DNA from: an uncultured delta proteobacterium
Lineage (GTDB): Bacteria; Desulfobacterota; Syntrophorhabdia; Syntrophorhabdales; WCHB1-27
Assembly (NCBI GenBank): GCA_963810935.1
Contig: CAWEPK010000008.1
Coordinates: forward strand, 512,001-576,000
Direction of reading: 5' to 3'
Length of the DNA stretch: 64,000 nucleotides
Positions 28,980 to 37,864 of the stretch are shown here, piece after piece. Made by a program: the position numbers and the translations under genes. Each line of letters opens with the position of its first letter. Position 1 is the stretch's first letter. The notes beneath the pieces are model-generated. The model made no database searches, was not told the DNA's origin, and worked only from the letters and a program-made list of their open reading frames with translations.

Positions 28980-29933
28980 ATGAACATAAATCTGAACCAA
29001 CTCAAGGCTTTTTACCTCGTTGCAAAGAACGGAACCTTCTCCAAAGCTGCCGATGAATTGTTCGTTACCGAGCCTGCGGTTTTCGTCCAGGTGCGCACGC
29101 TTGAGCGGTGCCTCGGGCTGAAGCTCCTCGATAAATTCGGAAAGGACCTGCGGCTTACGGAGATCGGGAGGCTGCTTTACGGGTACGCCGGCAGGATTTT
29201 CAGCATAGTCGATGAGGCCGAAACGGCGATAAAGGACATCGGGGCGCTCAATAAGGGGGAGCTGAGGGTTGGGACCACAAGCACCCTTGCCGAATATCTG
29301 CTGCCCCTCATACTCCCCGCTTTCAGCGCAAGCCACACGAAGGTCCAGGTGTACCTCGAAGAGACGAACTCCGGCCAACTGGTGAAAGGCGTCCTTGCGC
29401 ACCAGTATGAAATGGCTATCGTGGCAAGGGTAGCCTACCCCGACACTATCGAATACACGACGCTGAGCAGAGATGAAATCCTTCTCGTCGCCTCGCCGGA
29501 CGACAGCCTCGCACAGAAGCAGCGGTGCTCGCTCAAGGAGCTGAACGGTTACCCGATGATATGCCGCGACGTGAAATCTGCGACGAGGCAAGCGGTATGG
29601 AAAGAGTTCGTGAAGAGAGACATCAAGCCCTCCGCTGTCATAGAGGCAGCCAATACGGAGTTGATCAAGAGGCTCGTGGCGAGCGGCAGGGGCGTCTCTC
29701 TCCTTTCGGAGGTATGCGTCAAGAAAGAGATAGAGCGCGGCGAGCTGGCCGCCATACCCATTGCTGAAGGGCCTTTCTTCCTCGATATCGACGCGATCTA
29801 TCTGAGGGGCAGGACGTTATCGCCCGCGGCGGCTTCCTTCCTCAGCTTTCTCCTTAAAACAGGCACATCGGAAAACCTGAACCACTTCGTGGGGGTTATG
29901 AAGGGTAGGAAACCCCTGGTCGCTTTATCCTGA
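28980..29933 (+). CDS. LysR-family transcriptional regulator
   Basis: NLNQLKAF...TFSKAADELFVTEPAV...LRLTEIG HTH and GELRVG substrate-binding domain; divergent from the operon. Confidence 0.95.
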   Translation: MNINLNQLKAFYLVAKNGTFSKAADELFVTEPAVFVQVRTLERCLGLKLLDKFGKDLRLTEIGRLLYGYAGRIFSIVDEAETAIKDIGALNKGELRVGTTSTLAEYLLPLILPAFSASHTKVQVYLEETNSGQLVKGVLAHQYEMAIVARVAYPDTIEYTTLSRDEILLVASPDDSLAQKQRCSLKELNGYPMICRDVKSATRQAVWKEFVKRDIKPSAVIEAANTELIKRLVASGRGVSLLSEVCVKKEIERGELAAIPIAEGPFFLDIDAIYLRGRTLSPAAASFLSFLLKTGTSENLNHFVGVMKGRKPLVALS

Positions 29934-29952
29934 CGAACACAAATCCCTTAGA

Positions 29953-31102
29953 TTATTGAGACATCTCCCACCTGCTTTCCATCAGATGGCGGAGGTGTTC
30001 CGACGCCAGAAGACCGAATTTCGGGTCGTTGACCGAGAGGTCGACGCTTATCAATTGGTCGGCCCTTACGAACCTCTTCAATTGCCTCTCGAAAACCTCC
30101 ATAATGGCCGGGTCATAGAACGACCTGCCCTCGTCGCCAGGCAAGGACCACCCCTTCAGTGGGATGAGAAAGAGCATATGCTCCGGCTTCGCCTCCATGA
30201 CGATCTGCCCTATCCATCGGGCGGCCCGGACCACTTCCTCCGCTGTCGCCTTGAAAGCCCATCTGAAATCATGCCTGAAAAGGTTCCTCTTCCTGAAGCG
30301 CGCGGGCGCTACGCCTGCCTTCGGCATACATGCCACTGCATCGAGCGCGCCCGGCGCGAGCACCGCCGGGATGTCATTCGACAGATAAGAGCGCAGCCTC
30401 TCCCGGTCGATCTTGCCGTAGTCCCCTCCTGCCACGAAGTCGATCACGTCGTGCAGCGTAAGGTCGAGGACGCCCGCAAAGAGGTCCGTCGTCCTCATCA
30501 GCTCGGCCATGGCCATTGTGCTCTCGCCCGCCGCATGGAAGGGGACGAGGTTGAAGTTCTTCTCCCGCCAGAAGGCCTTTACCTCTTTCGTGTAGACGTC
30601 CGTCAGCCCTATCGCAGTGATGGCGACGGACGTGCGGCCCACTCGCGGCAGGACGCCGTCCATAGCCGTGAGCGCCTTCGCCGCGTTCGACAGGACCGCC
30701 TTCGACAGGCTCGTTCAGGGAGCCGAAATCACACGGCGACTGTATGTACGTTATATCTTTGTGGTTCCTGAAGGCGGGGAGGCTGTTTGCGATCATGGTC
30801 GATACGATCACCTTCGGCATCATGAGGGGCAACCGTTCCATGACCCCGGCAGCCATGAAAAGCATCGTGCCGCCGCCCACGGCGATGGCGCCCGCCTGAG
30901 CCTCCCTCTTCATGACCTCGTTCAGCTCTTCAACGGCCGTGTTCCTCGCGGCCGCTATGGAAGCGTCCCTGGACTCGGACATTACCCGCGAGGAGGCGTC
31001 GATCTTAGTAGGGGTGTGACCCAATCGCCTGATTTCGTCGCAAAGAAAATCAAGCTCTTCGCCCTTCGTATTCCACGTCCCGAGGACCACGTAAGACGAC
31101 AT
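29953..31102 (-). CDS. UPF0261 / Tm-1-like ATP-binding domain protein (copy 3, divergent), split by a +1 frameshift near 30710
   Basis: VVLGTWNTKGEE and LPLMMPKVIVSTM, then LSKAVLSNAAKAL...FHAAGE...VLDLTLHDV...APGALD...IPLKGWS. Confidence 0.82.
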
Positions 31103-31248
31103 GATAAACAATATTAACAAATTTCGAAAAGAAAGTAACATAAATTACAAACACCTATGTATTTATTTTAATTCTATCCAGGTTTAACAATCGTCCAGAA
31201 GGACTACACTGGCCGTGCATAAAGAAATACCAGGCCCATTTCACGGAG

Positions 31249-31509
31249 CTAATTTTCCTTGGAGTCGCGCCTTGCTCCCGGGCTCAGCCAGTAGAAGCTG
31301 GAGACGTCGCCGGTGTTGCTGCCCAGGGCACTGAGATAACCGGTATAGATAGCATATGCACTGGAACCAGGGTCAAGACTGATGATTCCCGAGAGGCCGT
31401 ACGCACCCGTGGGCGTACCACTTGGACCGCCTGTTATTACGTTCCATATGGCCACCTGGAGGGCTACCTGTTGATTCCATGTGGTGGCTCCGGCGCCATT
31501 CCCTGTCAA
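31249..31509 (-). pseudogene. Fragment resembling the internal/C-proximal part of a PEP-CTERM-type surface protein
   Basis: QQVALQVAIWNVI...YLSALGSNTGDVSSFYWLSPG, Gly/Ser/Thr-rich; no signal peptide or sorting signal. Confidence 0.45.
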
Positions 31510-31702
31510 TTTATGGCAAATCAGATAGCAACGCTAACTTGCCCGGCCGGCGCTTGTCCGCCCATCTCTGGTTCATGCTCTTTGCCTTTTCTTTACCGTT
31601 ATGTTAAAATTTCCGCATAGATGCCTGGAAAGTGCAAGATTCAAATCTCTATCTTTCCGCCATCTTATGCACCTCGCTCTGTAAGCGCGTTGATTTTAAG
31701 GT

Positions 31703-31797
31703 GGCCGGGCCCTGCGCAACGTGAAGGTTACAAACCCCGTCAGGTCCGGAAGGAAGCAGCGGTAGTAGCTTCTCCGTGTGCCGCAGGTCGCCTGGCC
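31703..31797 (+). ncRNA. ffs: Signal recognition particle RNA (4.5S, small bacterial type)
   Basis: Conserved helix-8 core TCAGGTCCGGAAGGAAGCAGC; terminal pairing GGCCGGG/CCTGGCC; usual position upstream of dnaX. Confidence 0.93.
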
Positions 31798-31892
31798 TTT
31801 ATATTTAGATAGGGACCATCCGGCGCCGGAAAGGAAGGCGGCGACCGGTGTGGCGGCTGAGGGTATGCATGCCCGTCGCACTGTCTTAATCC

Positions 31893-33536
31893 ATGAAAGA
31901 TAAAGAAGACTATAAAGTAATCGCGCGGGAATGGAGGCCGAAGAAGTTCGAGGACGTGGTCGGGCAGCCGCATATCGTCACGACCCTCAGGAACTCCATC
32001 AGGCGCGACCGCGTAGCGCACGCGTACCTTTTCGCAGGCCCCAGGGGCGTCGGCAAGACGACTATCGCCAGGATACTCGCAAAGGCGGTCAACTGCGCGC
32101 AAGGCGTAAAGGAAGAGCCGTGCGATGAATGCGAGACCTGCAAGGCTATAAACAACAGCGGCTTCGTTGACGTCATCGAGATCGACGCCGCCTCCAACAG
32201 GGGCATAGACGAGATAAGGGAGCTCCGGGAGACGGTGCGCTACCTGCCTATGGCGGGCAGGCGCAAGGTCTACATCATCGACGAGGCGCACATGCTGACC
32301 GACCCCGCGTTCAACGCGCTCCTGAAGACCCTGGAGGAGCCGCCGGGCCACAATATCTTCATCCTCGCAACGACCGAATCCCACAAGATACCTTACACTA
32401 TCGTATCCAGGTGCCAGCGCTTCGATTTCAGGAGAATATCGGAATCGGCGATCATGGAGCAATTGCGCCGGATCTGCCTCTCGAAAGAGATCGAGTGCGA
32501 CGAGAGGGCCCTTAACTACATTGTCCGTGAGGCGGACGGGGGGCTGCGCGACGCGGAGTCGATACTCGACCAGGTAATCTCGTACAGCACAGCGCACATC
32601 GCCGAGAAAGACGTGATCGACGTGATCGGGGTGGTCCGCAGGGATGTCGCCTATGAGATGGTGAAGAGCATCGTCGAGAAGGACCCAAAGGAGGGCCTCT
32701 CCCTCATCGCCCGCACCCTCGAAGAAGGGAACGACGCCTACCAGGTCTACAAGGCGCTTCTCTCTTTCCTGCGCGACCTGCTCATGATAAAGCTCTGGCA
32801 AGGCAGGCCCTCTTTCGTCTTTATGGACGACGAGGAGTATAAAAGGGCGACAGACCTTTTGAAGACGGTCGAGTATTACGAGATACAGAACATGGTACAC
32901 CACATGCTCAAGACGGAGGACCTTATCCGGGGCGTCTTCCCCAGGGCGTCATTGGAGGTCCTCTACGTGAACCTCTACAACCTGTCGCAGCTTCGGGACG
33001 TAGAGGCAATGATAGATGCGGGCGAGCGTAAAGGAGCCCGAAGCCAAGAACCGGCTGACGCGCCACGGGCGAGCCGGCCCCCCGAGCCGCAGAAACCCGA
33101 GCAGCCGGCGGCAGCCCACAAGCCGTTTACGCCGCCGCCTGTCCGGACTGCTCCCGCAGTTGACGCCGGAGCACCCACCGAGCCCTCTTTCAGGCAGGCA
33201 TCCGATTCCAGGCAGGCGGACCCCGCGGACTCGCCCGATTCTTCAGGGCAGGCCGACAACTTCGTCTCTTACCTCAGAGAAAAAAGCAAGATGCTTTTCG
33301 CAATGCTCGCCTCATCGGAGATGACGGCCGTAGATGAAAAGCTGCAAGTCGCTATAAACAAACAGACAGCACTGCTGGCGAGTGACGCCGGAATCGCCGG
33401 TGAGCTGAAAAAACATGCGTCGGCCTTCTTCGGCAAAGATATGACCGTCCGCTTCGTCGACGGCGGCGAGGCAAAGACCGATACTATAGATGACTATATG
33501 CGGGAAGCCGAGACCGTGTTTAACTCGCAGGAATAA
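31893..33536 (+). CDS. dnaX: DNA polymerase III subunit gamma/tau
   Basis: AREWRPKKFEDVVGQ, GPRGVGKTT, zinc Cys cluster, EIDAASNRG, IIDEAHML and SRCQRF. Confidence 0.97.
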   Translation: MKDKEDYKVIAREWRPKKFEDVVGQPHIVTTLRNSIRRDRVAHAYLFAGPRGVGKTTIARILAKAVNCAQGVKEEPCDECETCKAINNSGFVDVIEIDAASNRGIDEIRELRETVRYLPMAGRRKVYIIDEAHMLTDPAFNALLKTLEEPPGHNIFILATTESHKIPYTIVSRCQRFDFRRISESAIMEQLRRICLSKEIECDERALNYIVREADGGLRDAESILDQVISYSTAHIAEKDVIDVIGVVRRDVAYEMVKSIVEKDPKEGLSLIARTLEEGNDAYQVYKALLSFLRDLLMIKLWQGRPSFVFMDDEEYKRATDLLKTVEYYEIQNMVHHMLKTEDLIRGVFPRASLEVLYVNLYNLSQLRDVEAMIDAGERKGARSQEPADAPRASRPPEPQKPEQPAAAHKPFTPPPVRTAPAVDAGAPTEPSFRQASDSRQADPADSPDSSGQADNFVSYLREKSKMLFAMLASSEMTAVDEKLQVAINKQTALLASDAGIAGELKKHASAFFGKDMTVRFVDGGEAKTDTIDDYMREAETVFNSQE

Positions 33537-33557
33537 TCGGCTTCATAAAAGGAGGCA

Positions 33558-33875
33558 ATGATGTCAAAGGGTTTCGGGCAGATCCTCAATCAGGCAAAAA
33601 AGATGCAGGAGCAGTTCCAGAAGCTTCAGGAAGAGATGGAGACGAAAGTCGTCGAGGGGCAGTCGGGCGGCGGTATGGTCACTTGCGTGGTAAACGGAAA
33701 ACAGGACCTCGTCTCCCTCAAGATCTCCGACGAGATATGGGAGGAGCACGACAAGGAGATGCTGGAAGACCTGGTCGTGGCCGCCATCAACGAGGGCCTG
33801 GGGAAGTCCAAGGACATGTGGAAGGAAGAGCTGTCGAAGATAACAGGCGGCATGCAGCTTCCCTTCGGTATGTAA
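33558..33875 (+). CDS. ybaB: YbaB/EbfC nucleoid-associated protein
   Basis: QAKKMQ, GQSGGGMV and EMLEDLVVAAIN; dnaX-ybaB-recR synteny. Confidence 0.95.
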   Translation: MMSKGFGQILNQAKKMQEQFQKLQEEMETKVVEGQSGGGMVTCVVNGKQDLVSLKISDEIWEEHDKEMLEDLVVAAINEGLGKSKDMWKEELSKITGGMQLPFGM

Positions 33876-33878
33876 TAA

Positions 33879-34491
33879 ATGTATTATCCGGAACCCATCG
33901 AGCGACTCATAGAGAACCTGACGAGACTACCCGGCATCGGAAGGAAGAGCGCGACGCGCCTTGCCTTTTTCCTCCTCAACTCCAAGACCGAATACGTGGG
34001 CGAGCTGAGCAAAAGCATCATGGAGGTGAAGGAAAGGATCAAGTTGTGCAGCACCTGCTTCAATATCACCGACCTGGACCCGTGCCGCATATGCAGGGAT
34101 GAGAAGCGCGCACGCGATACCCTTTGCGTAGTCGAGGAGCCTTCCCACCTGATGGTGATAGAATCTGCGTTCCCCGGCATCTACCGTTACCACATACTCC
34201 ACGGCGTCATAAACCCGATAGACGGTATAGGCCCCGAAGAGATCAGGATACCGGAGATGCGTGAGCGCATAGCCAGAGAGAACATACGGGAGTCTGATTA
34301 TCGCAACGAACCCTACGATAGAGGGCAACACAACCGCCCATTACATCGTGGAAATGACTAAATCGTTCAACCTTAAGGTAAGCCGCATCGCCTCCGGCAT
34401 CCCCATAGGCGGCGACATAGTCTATATCGACCCGCTCACCATAAAGAGCGCCATCGACAACAGGAGGAGCCTGAAAGAGGACCGGTCATAA
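33879..34491 (+). CDS. recR: Recombination mediator RecR, split by a +1 frameshift near 34293
   Basis: LPGIGRKSATRLA, CSTC...CRIC and YHILHG, then in the shifted frame IIATNPTIEG...SRIASGIPIGGDI; stop TAA at 34489-34491. Confidence 0.93.
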
Positions 34492-34522
34492 AAAAGCGCC
34501 GGTCAGCTAAATAACGTATCTT

Positions 34523-35179
34523 ATGGATATCATCAAATACGCGTTCGACATCATTGTCCACCTGGATAAGCACCTCGGTCTCGTGATCCAGCAGTACGGC
34601 GTCCATACGCACATACTTTTGTGCCTGGTCCTTTTCTGCGAGACGGGGCTTGTCGCCACGCCCTTCCTCCCCGGCGATTCCCTTCTGTTTGCAGCGGGCG
34701 CTTTCGCCGGTCTCGGGTCGCTCGACATCGGCTGGCTTGTTGCCTCGCTGCCGATAGCAGCCATGCTGGGCGACTCATCGAATTACTGGATCGGGCGCAA
34801 GGCAGGGCCGAAGGTCTTTTCCAGTGAAAGCTCGCGCCTGCTCAACAGGCGGCACCTCGACAGAACGCACGAGTTTTACGTGAGGTACGGCGGGAAAACG
34901 GTTATCATCGCACGGTTCGTGCCCATAATCAGGACATTTGCCCCGTTCGTGGCAGGCGTAGGCGCGATGTCGTACGGCCGGTTCCTTGTCTTCAGTATTG
35001 CCGGCAATATCGGCTGGGTGCTCATCTTCACCCTGGCCGGCTACTTCTTCGGCAATATCGCCCTGGTCAGGCAGAATTTCACGCTGGTGATCCTGGCGAT
35101 CATCATCATATCCGTGCTGCCGGGCGTGATGGGCTACATGCGCGAACGGCGCAAGCTAACTGCCGGGACAGAATCTTAA
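34523..35179 (+). CDS. dedA: DedA family membrane protein
   Basis: FCETGLVATPFLPGDSLLF and ARFVPIIRTFAPFVAG. Confidence 0.95.
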   Translation: MDIIKYAFDIIVHLDKHLGLVIQQYGVHTHILLCLVLFCETGLVATPFLPGDSLLFAAGAFAGLGSLDIGWLVASLPIAAMLGDSSNYWIGRKAGPKVFSSESSRLLNRRHLDRTHEFYVRYGGKTVIIARFVPIIRTFAPFVAGVGAMSYGRFLVFSIAGNIGWVLIFTLAGYFFGNIALVRQNFTLVILAIIIISVLPGVMGYMRERRKLTAGTES

Positions 35180-35209
35180 CTCCATAAAAACCGACAAACG
35201 AAAGTTCCT

Positions 35210-35638
35210 TTAGTGTCCCGGGTGGCCGCCCGGGCTTCCGGGTGCGCCGTCATGGCCGTCAGGCCCTCCCGGTGCGCCGTGTCCACCGGGCGCCCCGTGC
35301 TCAAAAACCTCGTGTCCCGGCGCCCCGTGCTCGAAATGCTCGTGGGCGCCGAACTGCTCCTCATGGGGCTGGTTCCAGTACCCGCCGTAAAAACCCGGAT
35401 AGTAGAACTCCGGATATTCTTCGTACTCATCGTAGGGATAGTAATCGTTGTAAGGGTAACCGGAGCCGGCGTACGGCTGAAAATATGGATCGTACGGATA
35501 TGGGTCGCGCCCGAGGGGATATTCGTTGTAGGGATACGTATACGGAGAATATTGATACTGGGCTGATGCCGGAGCTGCGTATGCCACGATGCACAGGATG
35601 ATTGCGGCTGCCGGCAGGAACAGCAAAAGCCTCTTCAT
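35210..35638 (-). CDS. Secreted low-complexity protein with a Tyr/Pro-rich middle and a His/Gly-rich repeat tail
   Basis: AAGGAGG RBS; signal peptide MKRLLLFLPAAAIIL...ASA; YPY repeats; HGAPG repeats. Confidence 0.7.
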   Translation of the reverse strand: MKRLLLFLPAAAIILCIVAYAAPASAQYQYSPYTYPYNEYPLGRDPYPYDPYFQPYAGSGYPYNDYYPYDEYEEYPEFYYPGFYGGYWNQPHEEQFGAHEHFEHGAPGHEVFEHGAPGGHGAPGGPDGHDGAPGSPGGHPGH

Positions 35639-35766
35639 GAGGGCCTCCTTCGTTGCGGCCCGGCCGCCTTTTCGGAGCAGACAAAGCCGCGAAGTGATAA
35701 CAAAACATAGTGCGGCTCCCCCAAAAGGGCAACGGGGCGGCGAGATAGCGGGCTGCGGAACCATAA

Positions 35767-35796
35767 TTGACAAATAGCGCTCCCGCGGGGCACAAT
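35767..35796 (+). promoter_or_regulatory. Sigma70-like promoter of the GT2 gene
   Basis: TTGACA-N18-CACAAT, followed by a GGAGG RBS and TTG at 35818. Confidence 0.45.
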
Positions 35797-35817
35797 CTTG
35801 GACCGGAGGCAAAAATA

Positions 35818-36819
35818 TTGGACGTTGCGGTCTCGGTCGTCCTGCCTGTCTATAACGCGTTGCGCGCCTCTCCGCGCTACCTGCCGGAGGCCATAGAGAG
35901 CGTGCTCGGCCAGAGTATGCGCGACTTCGAGCTTGTCGTAGTCGATGACGGCTCGGACGAAGATTACGGGCCGGTCAGGGCGCGATATACGGACAACCGC
36001 ATAGTCTGGCTGCGCCTTGAAAAAAACGGGGGGCAGGCGGCGGCCCGCAACGTCGGTGTCGATCGGGCAAGGGGCAAAGTGGTCGCCTTCATCGACCAGG
36101 ATGACCGGTTTTACCCGGAGCGCCTGGAGCGCGGTGTGGAGGCGTACAAAGATTGCATAATGACATACTCCGACATCGACGAGATCGACGCGGACGGCTC
36201 TATAATGACGCCGAGGGCGCTCGCCGCCCACCAGCCCGGAAGACACCCCATAAAATCGCTGCCCGACCTGCTGGCGTGGGATTCCCTCGTCCTCCCCGGC
36301 ACATGCCTTCTGGCCAGGGAGACGTTCCTCGCAACCGGCGGCTTCGACCCGCAGCTCTCGGGTTACGAGGACGATGATTTTTTTGTCCGCGTCTTCCGGA
36401 TGGGGCCTGTTCGCTTCATCGAAACGCCGCTGCTACAGTACCGCATATACCCGGAGAGCTACAGGTCGAGCAGCCGGGTTGACGCGAGCCGGCGCAACTA
36501 CTTCCGCAAGCTCGTAAGCGCCTTCCGCGACGGCGACCCACCCGGCCGTTACTGGGTGCGCGACAGGATTGCGCCCAGGTTTTCCGGCCTCTGGCTGACC
36601 CGCATCCGCTATGCCCTGCGTGCATCCGACGCCGAAACCTACCGGATGGCCGTGCGCGAGCTGGCCGAGACATCCGCTTACGGCCCGCCCCGTCTGCGGG
36701 CAGGCGGCGCAATCCTTGGCCGTATCCCCTACCCCGCCGCCCGCGTGGTATACAAACTCCCTCGATTCAGCTATCTGGCGCGCGTCATCTTCGGTATGCG
36801 CCGCAGGCCTAAACGATAA
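35818..36819 (+). CDS. Glycosyltransferase family 2
   Basis: VSVVLPVYN, VVDDGS, ARNVG, FIDQDD (DxD) and GGFD...EDDDF. Confidence 0.92.
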   Translation: MDVAVSVVLPVYNALRASPRYLPEAIESVLGQSMRDFELVVVDDGSDEDYGPVRARYTDNRIVWLRLEKNGGQAAARNVGVDRARGKVVAFIDQDDRFYPERLERGVEAYKDCIMTYSDIDEIDADGSIMTPRALAAHQPGRHPIKSLPDLLAWDSLVLPGTCLLARETFLATGGFDPQLSGYEDDDFFVRVFRMGPVRFIETPLLQYRIYPESYRSSSRVDASRRNYFRKLVSAFRDGDPPGRYWVRDRIAPRFSGLWLTRIRYALRASDAETYRMAVRELAETSAYGPPRLRAGGAILGRIPYPAARVVYKLPRFSYLARVIFGMRRRPKR

Positions 36820-36840
36820 AAGGCTTCGAGGCCCCTTTTG

Positions 36841-36849
36841 TGCTATAAT
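36841..36849 (+). promoter_or_regulatory. Extended -10 element upstream of hypA
   Basis: TGCTATAAT, directly after an AAAAGG...CCTTTT hairpin that ends the GT2 gene. Confidence 0.5.
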
Positions 36850-36887
36850 TATCAAGCAAAAACGCGGATAGACGGTCTCAAAGACAT

Positions 36888-37220
36888 ATGCACGAGCTTG
36901 CAATTACCCAGAACATTATAGACATCGCTGTAAGTCAGGCGCAGGACAGGAAGATAACAGGCATCAACCTGGTAATCGGCGAGCTTTCGAGCGTCGTAGA
37001 GGATTCGATACGCTTCTGCTTCGATGTGATATCGAAGGAGACCCCGGCGGAGGGCGCCACGATCGCCATTGTCAGGGTCCGGGCGGTGCTGCGTTGCGTA
37101 TCCTGTGGACATGAGTTCGGGATGGACACGGCGGGTGTTTGCCCCGCCTGCGGCAAGCGCGGCGGGGAAATAGCCGCCGGCAAGGAATTCTACATGGAAA
37201 GCATAGAGGTGGAGGACTAA
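36888..37220 (+). CDS. hypA: Hydrogenase nickel metallochaperone HypA
   Basis: MHE N-terminus, CVSC and CPAC zinc motifs, GKE. Confidence 0.96.
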   Translation: MHELAITQNIIDIAVSQAQDRKITGINLVIGELSSVVEDSIRFCFDVISKETPAEGATIAIVRVRAVLRCVSCGHEFGMDTAGVCPACGKRGGEIAAGKEFYMESIEVED

Positions 37221-37225
37221 AGAGA

Positions 37226-37864
37226 ATGAAGATCAAGGTAGTGAAGAACATCCTGGACGCCAACGAGCAGATGGCAGCGGAGAACAAGGCCGTTTTCAAG
37301 AAGAAAGGCTTAACCGTGCTTAACGTCATGGCGTCGCCGGGTGCGGGCAAAACAAGCCTTATACTGAGGACCATCGAAGAGCTGGGCAGGCCGCTCGCAG
37401 TCATCGAGGGCGACATAGCCTCCACCATCGACGCAGAGAAGGTGAGTGAAAAGAAGGTGCCTGTCGTCCAGATCAATACGGACGGGGGCTGCCATCTGGA
37501 CGCGGCCATGATAAAGACATCCCTCGAGAAGCTGAAGCTGGACGGCGTGAAATACCTCTTCATCGAGAACGTGGGCAACCTCGTCTGTCCGTCCGAGTTC
37601 GTCCTCGGCGAAGACAAAAGGGTGCTCGTCGCGTCGGTGCCCGAGGGCGACGACAAGCCGTTCAAGTACCCCGGCATGTTCGCGACAGTCCAGGCCATCG
37701 TCCTCAACAAGATGGACATTCTCCCTTACATCGACTTCAGCGTCGCCCGCTTTCTGGAAGGCGTGCGTGCAGTCAACCCGAAGGCCCCTGTCTTTCAGGT
37801 CTCGTGCAAGACGAAGGAGGGGCTGTCCGATTGGATAGGCTGGCTGAAAAAGATCCGGTCCTGA
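37226..37864 (+). CDS. hypB: Hydrogenase nickel incorporation GTPase HypB (no His-rich N-terminus)
   Basis: SPGAGKT, IEGD, GCHLDA, ENVGNLVCP, EGDDKPFKYP and NKMD. Confidence 0.96.
   Translation: MKIKVVKNILDANEQMAAENKAVFKKKGLTVLNVMASPGAGKTSLILRTIEELGRPLAVIEGDIASTIDAEKVSEKKVPVVQINTDGGCHLDAAMIKTSLEKLKLDGVKYLFIENVGNLVCPSEFVLGEDKRVLVASVPEGDDKPFKYPGMFATVQAIVLNKMDILPYIDFSVARFLEGVRAVNPKAPVFQVSCKTKEGLSDWIGWLKKIRS

Noticed and set aside
33280..33286. AAAAAAG in dnaX as an E. coli-type -1 frameshift site producing gamma
   Set aside because: It is phased GAA-AAA-AGC, not A-AAA-AAG, so it is not in the slippery register.
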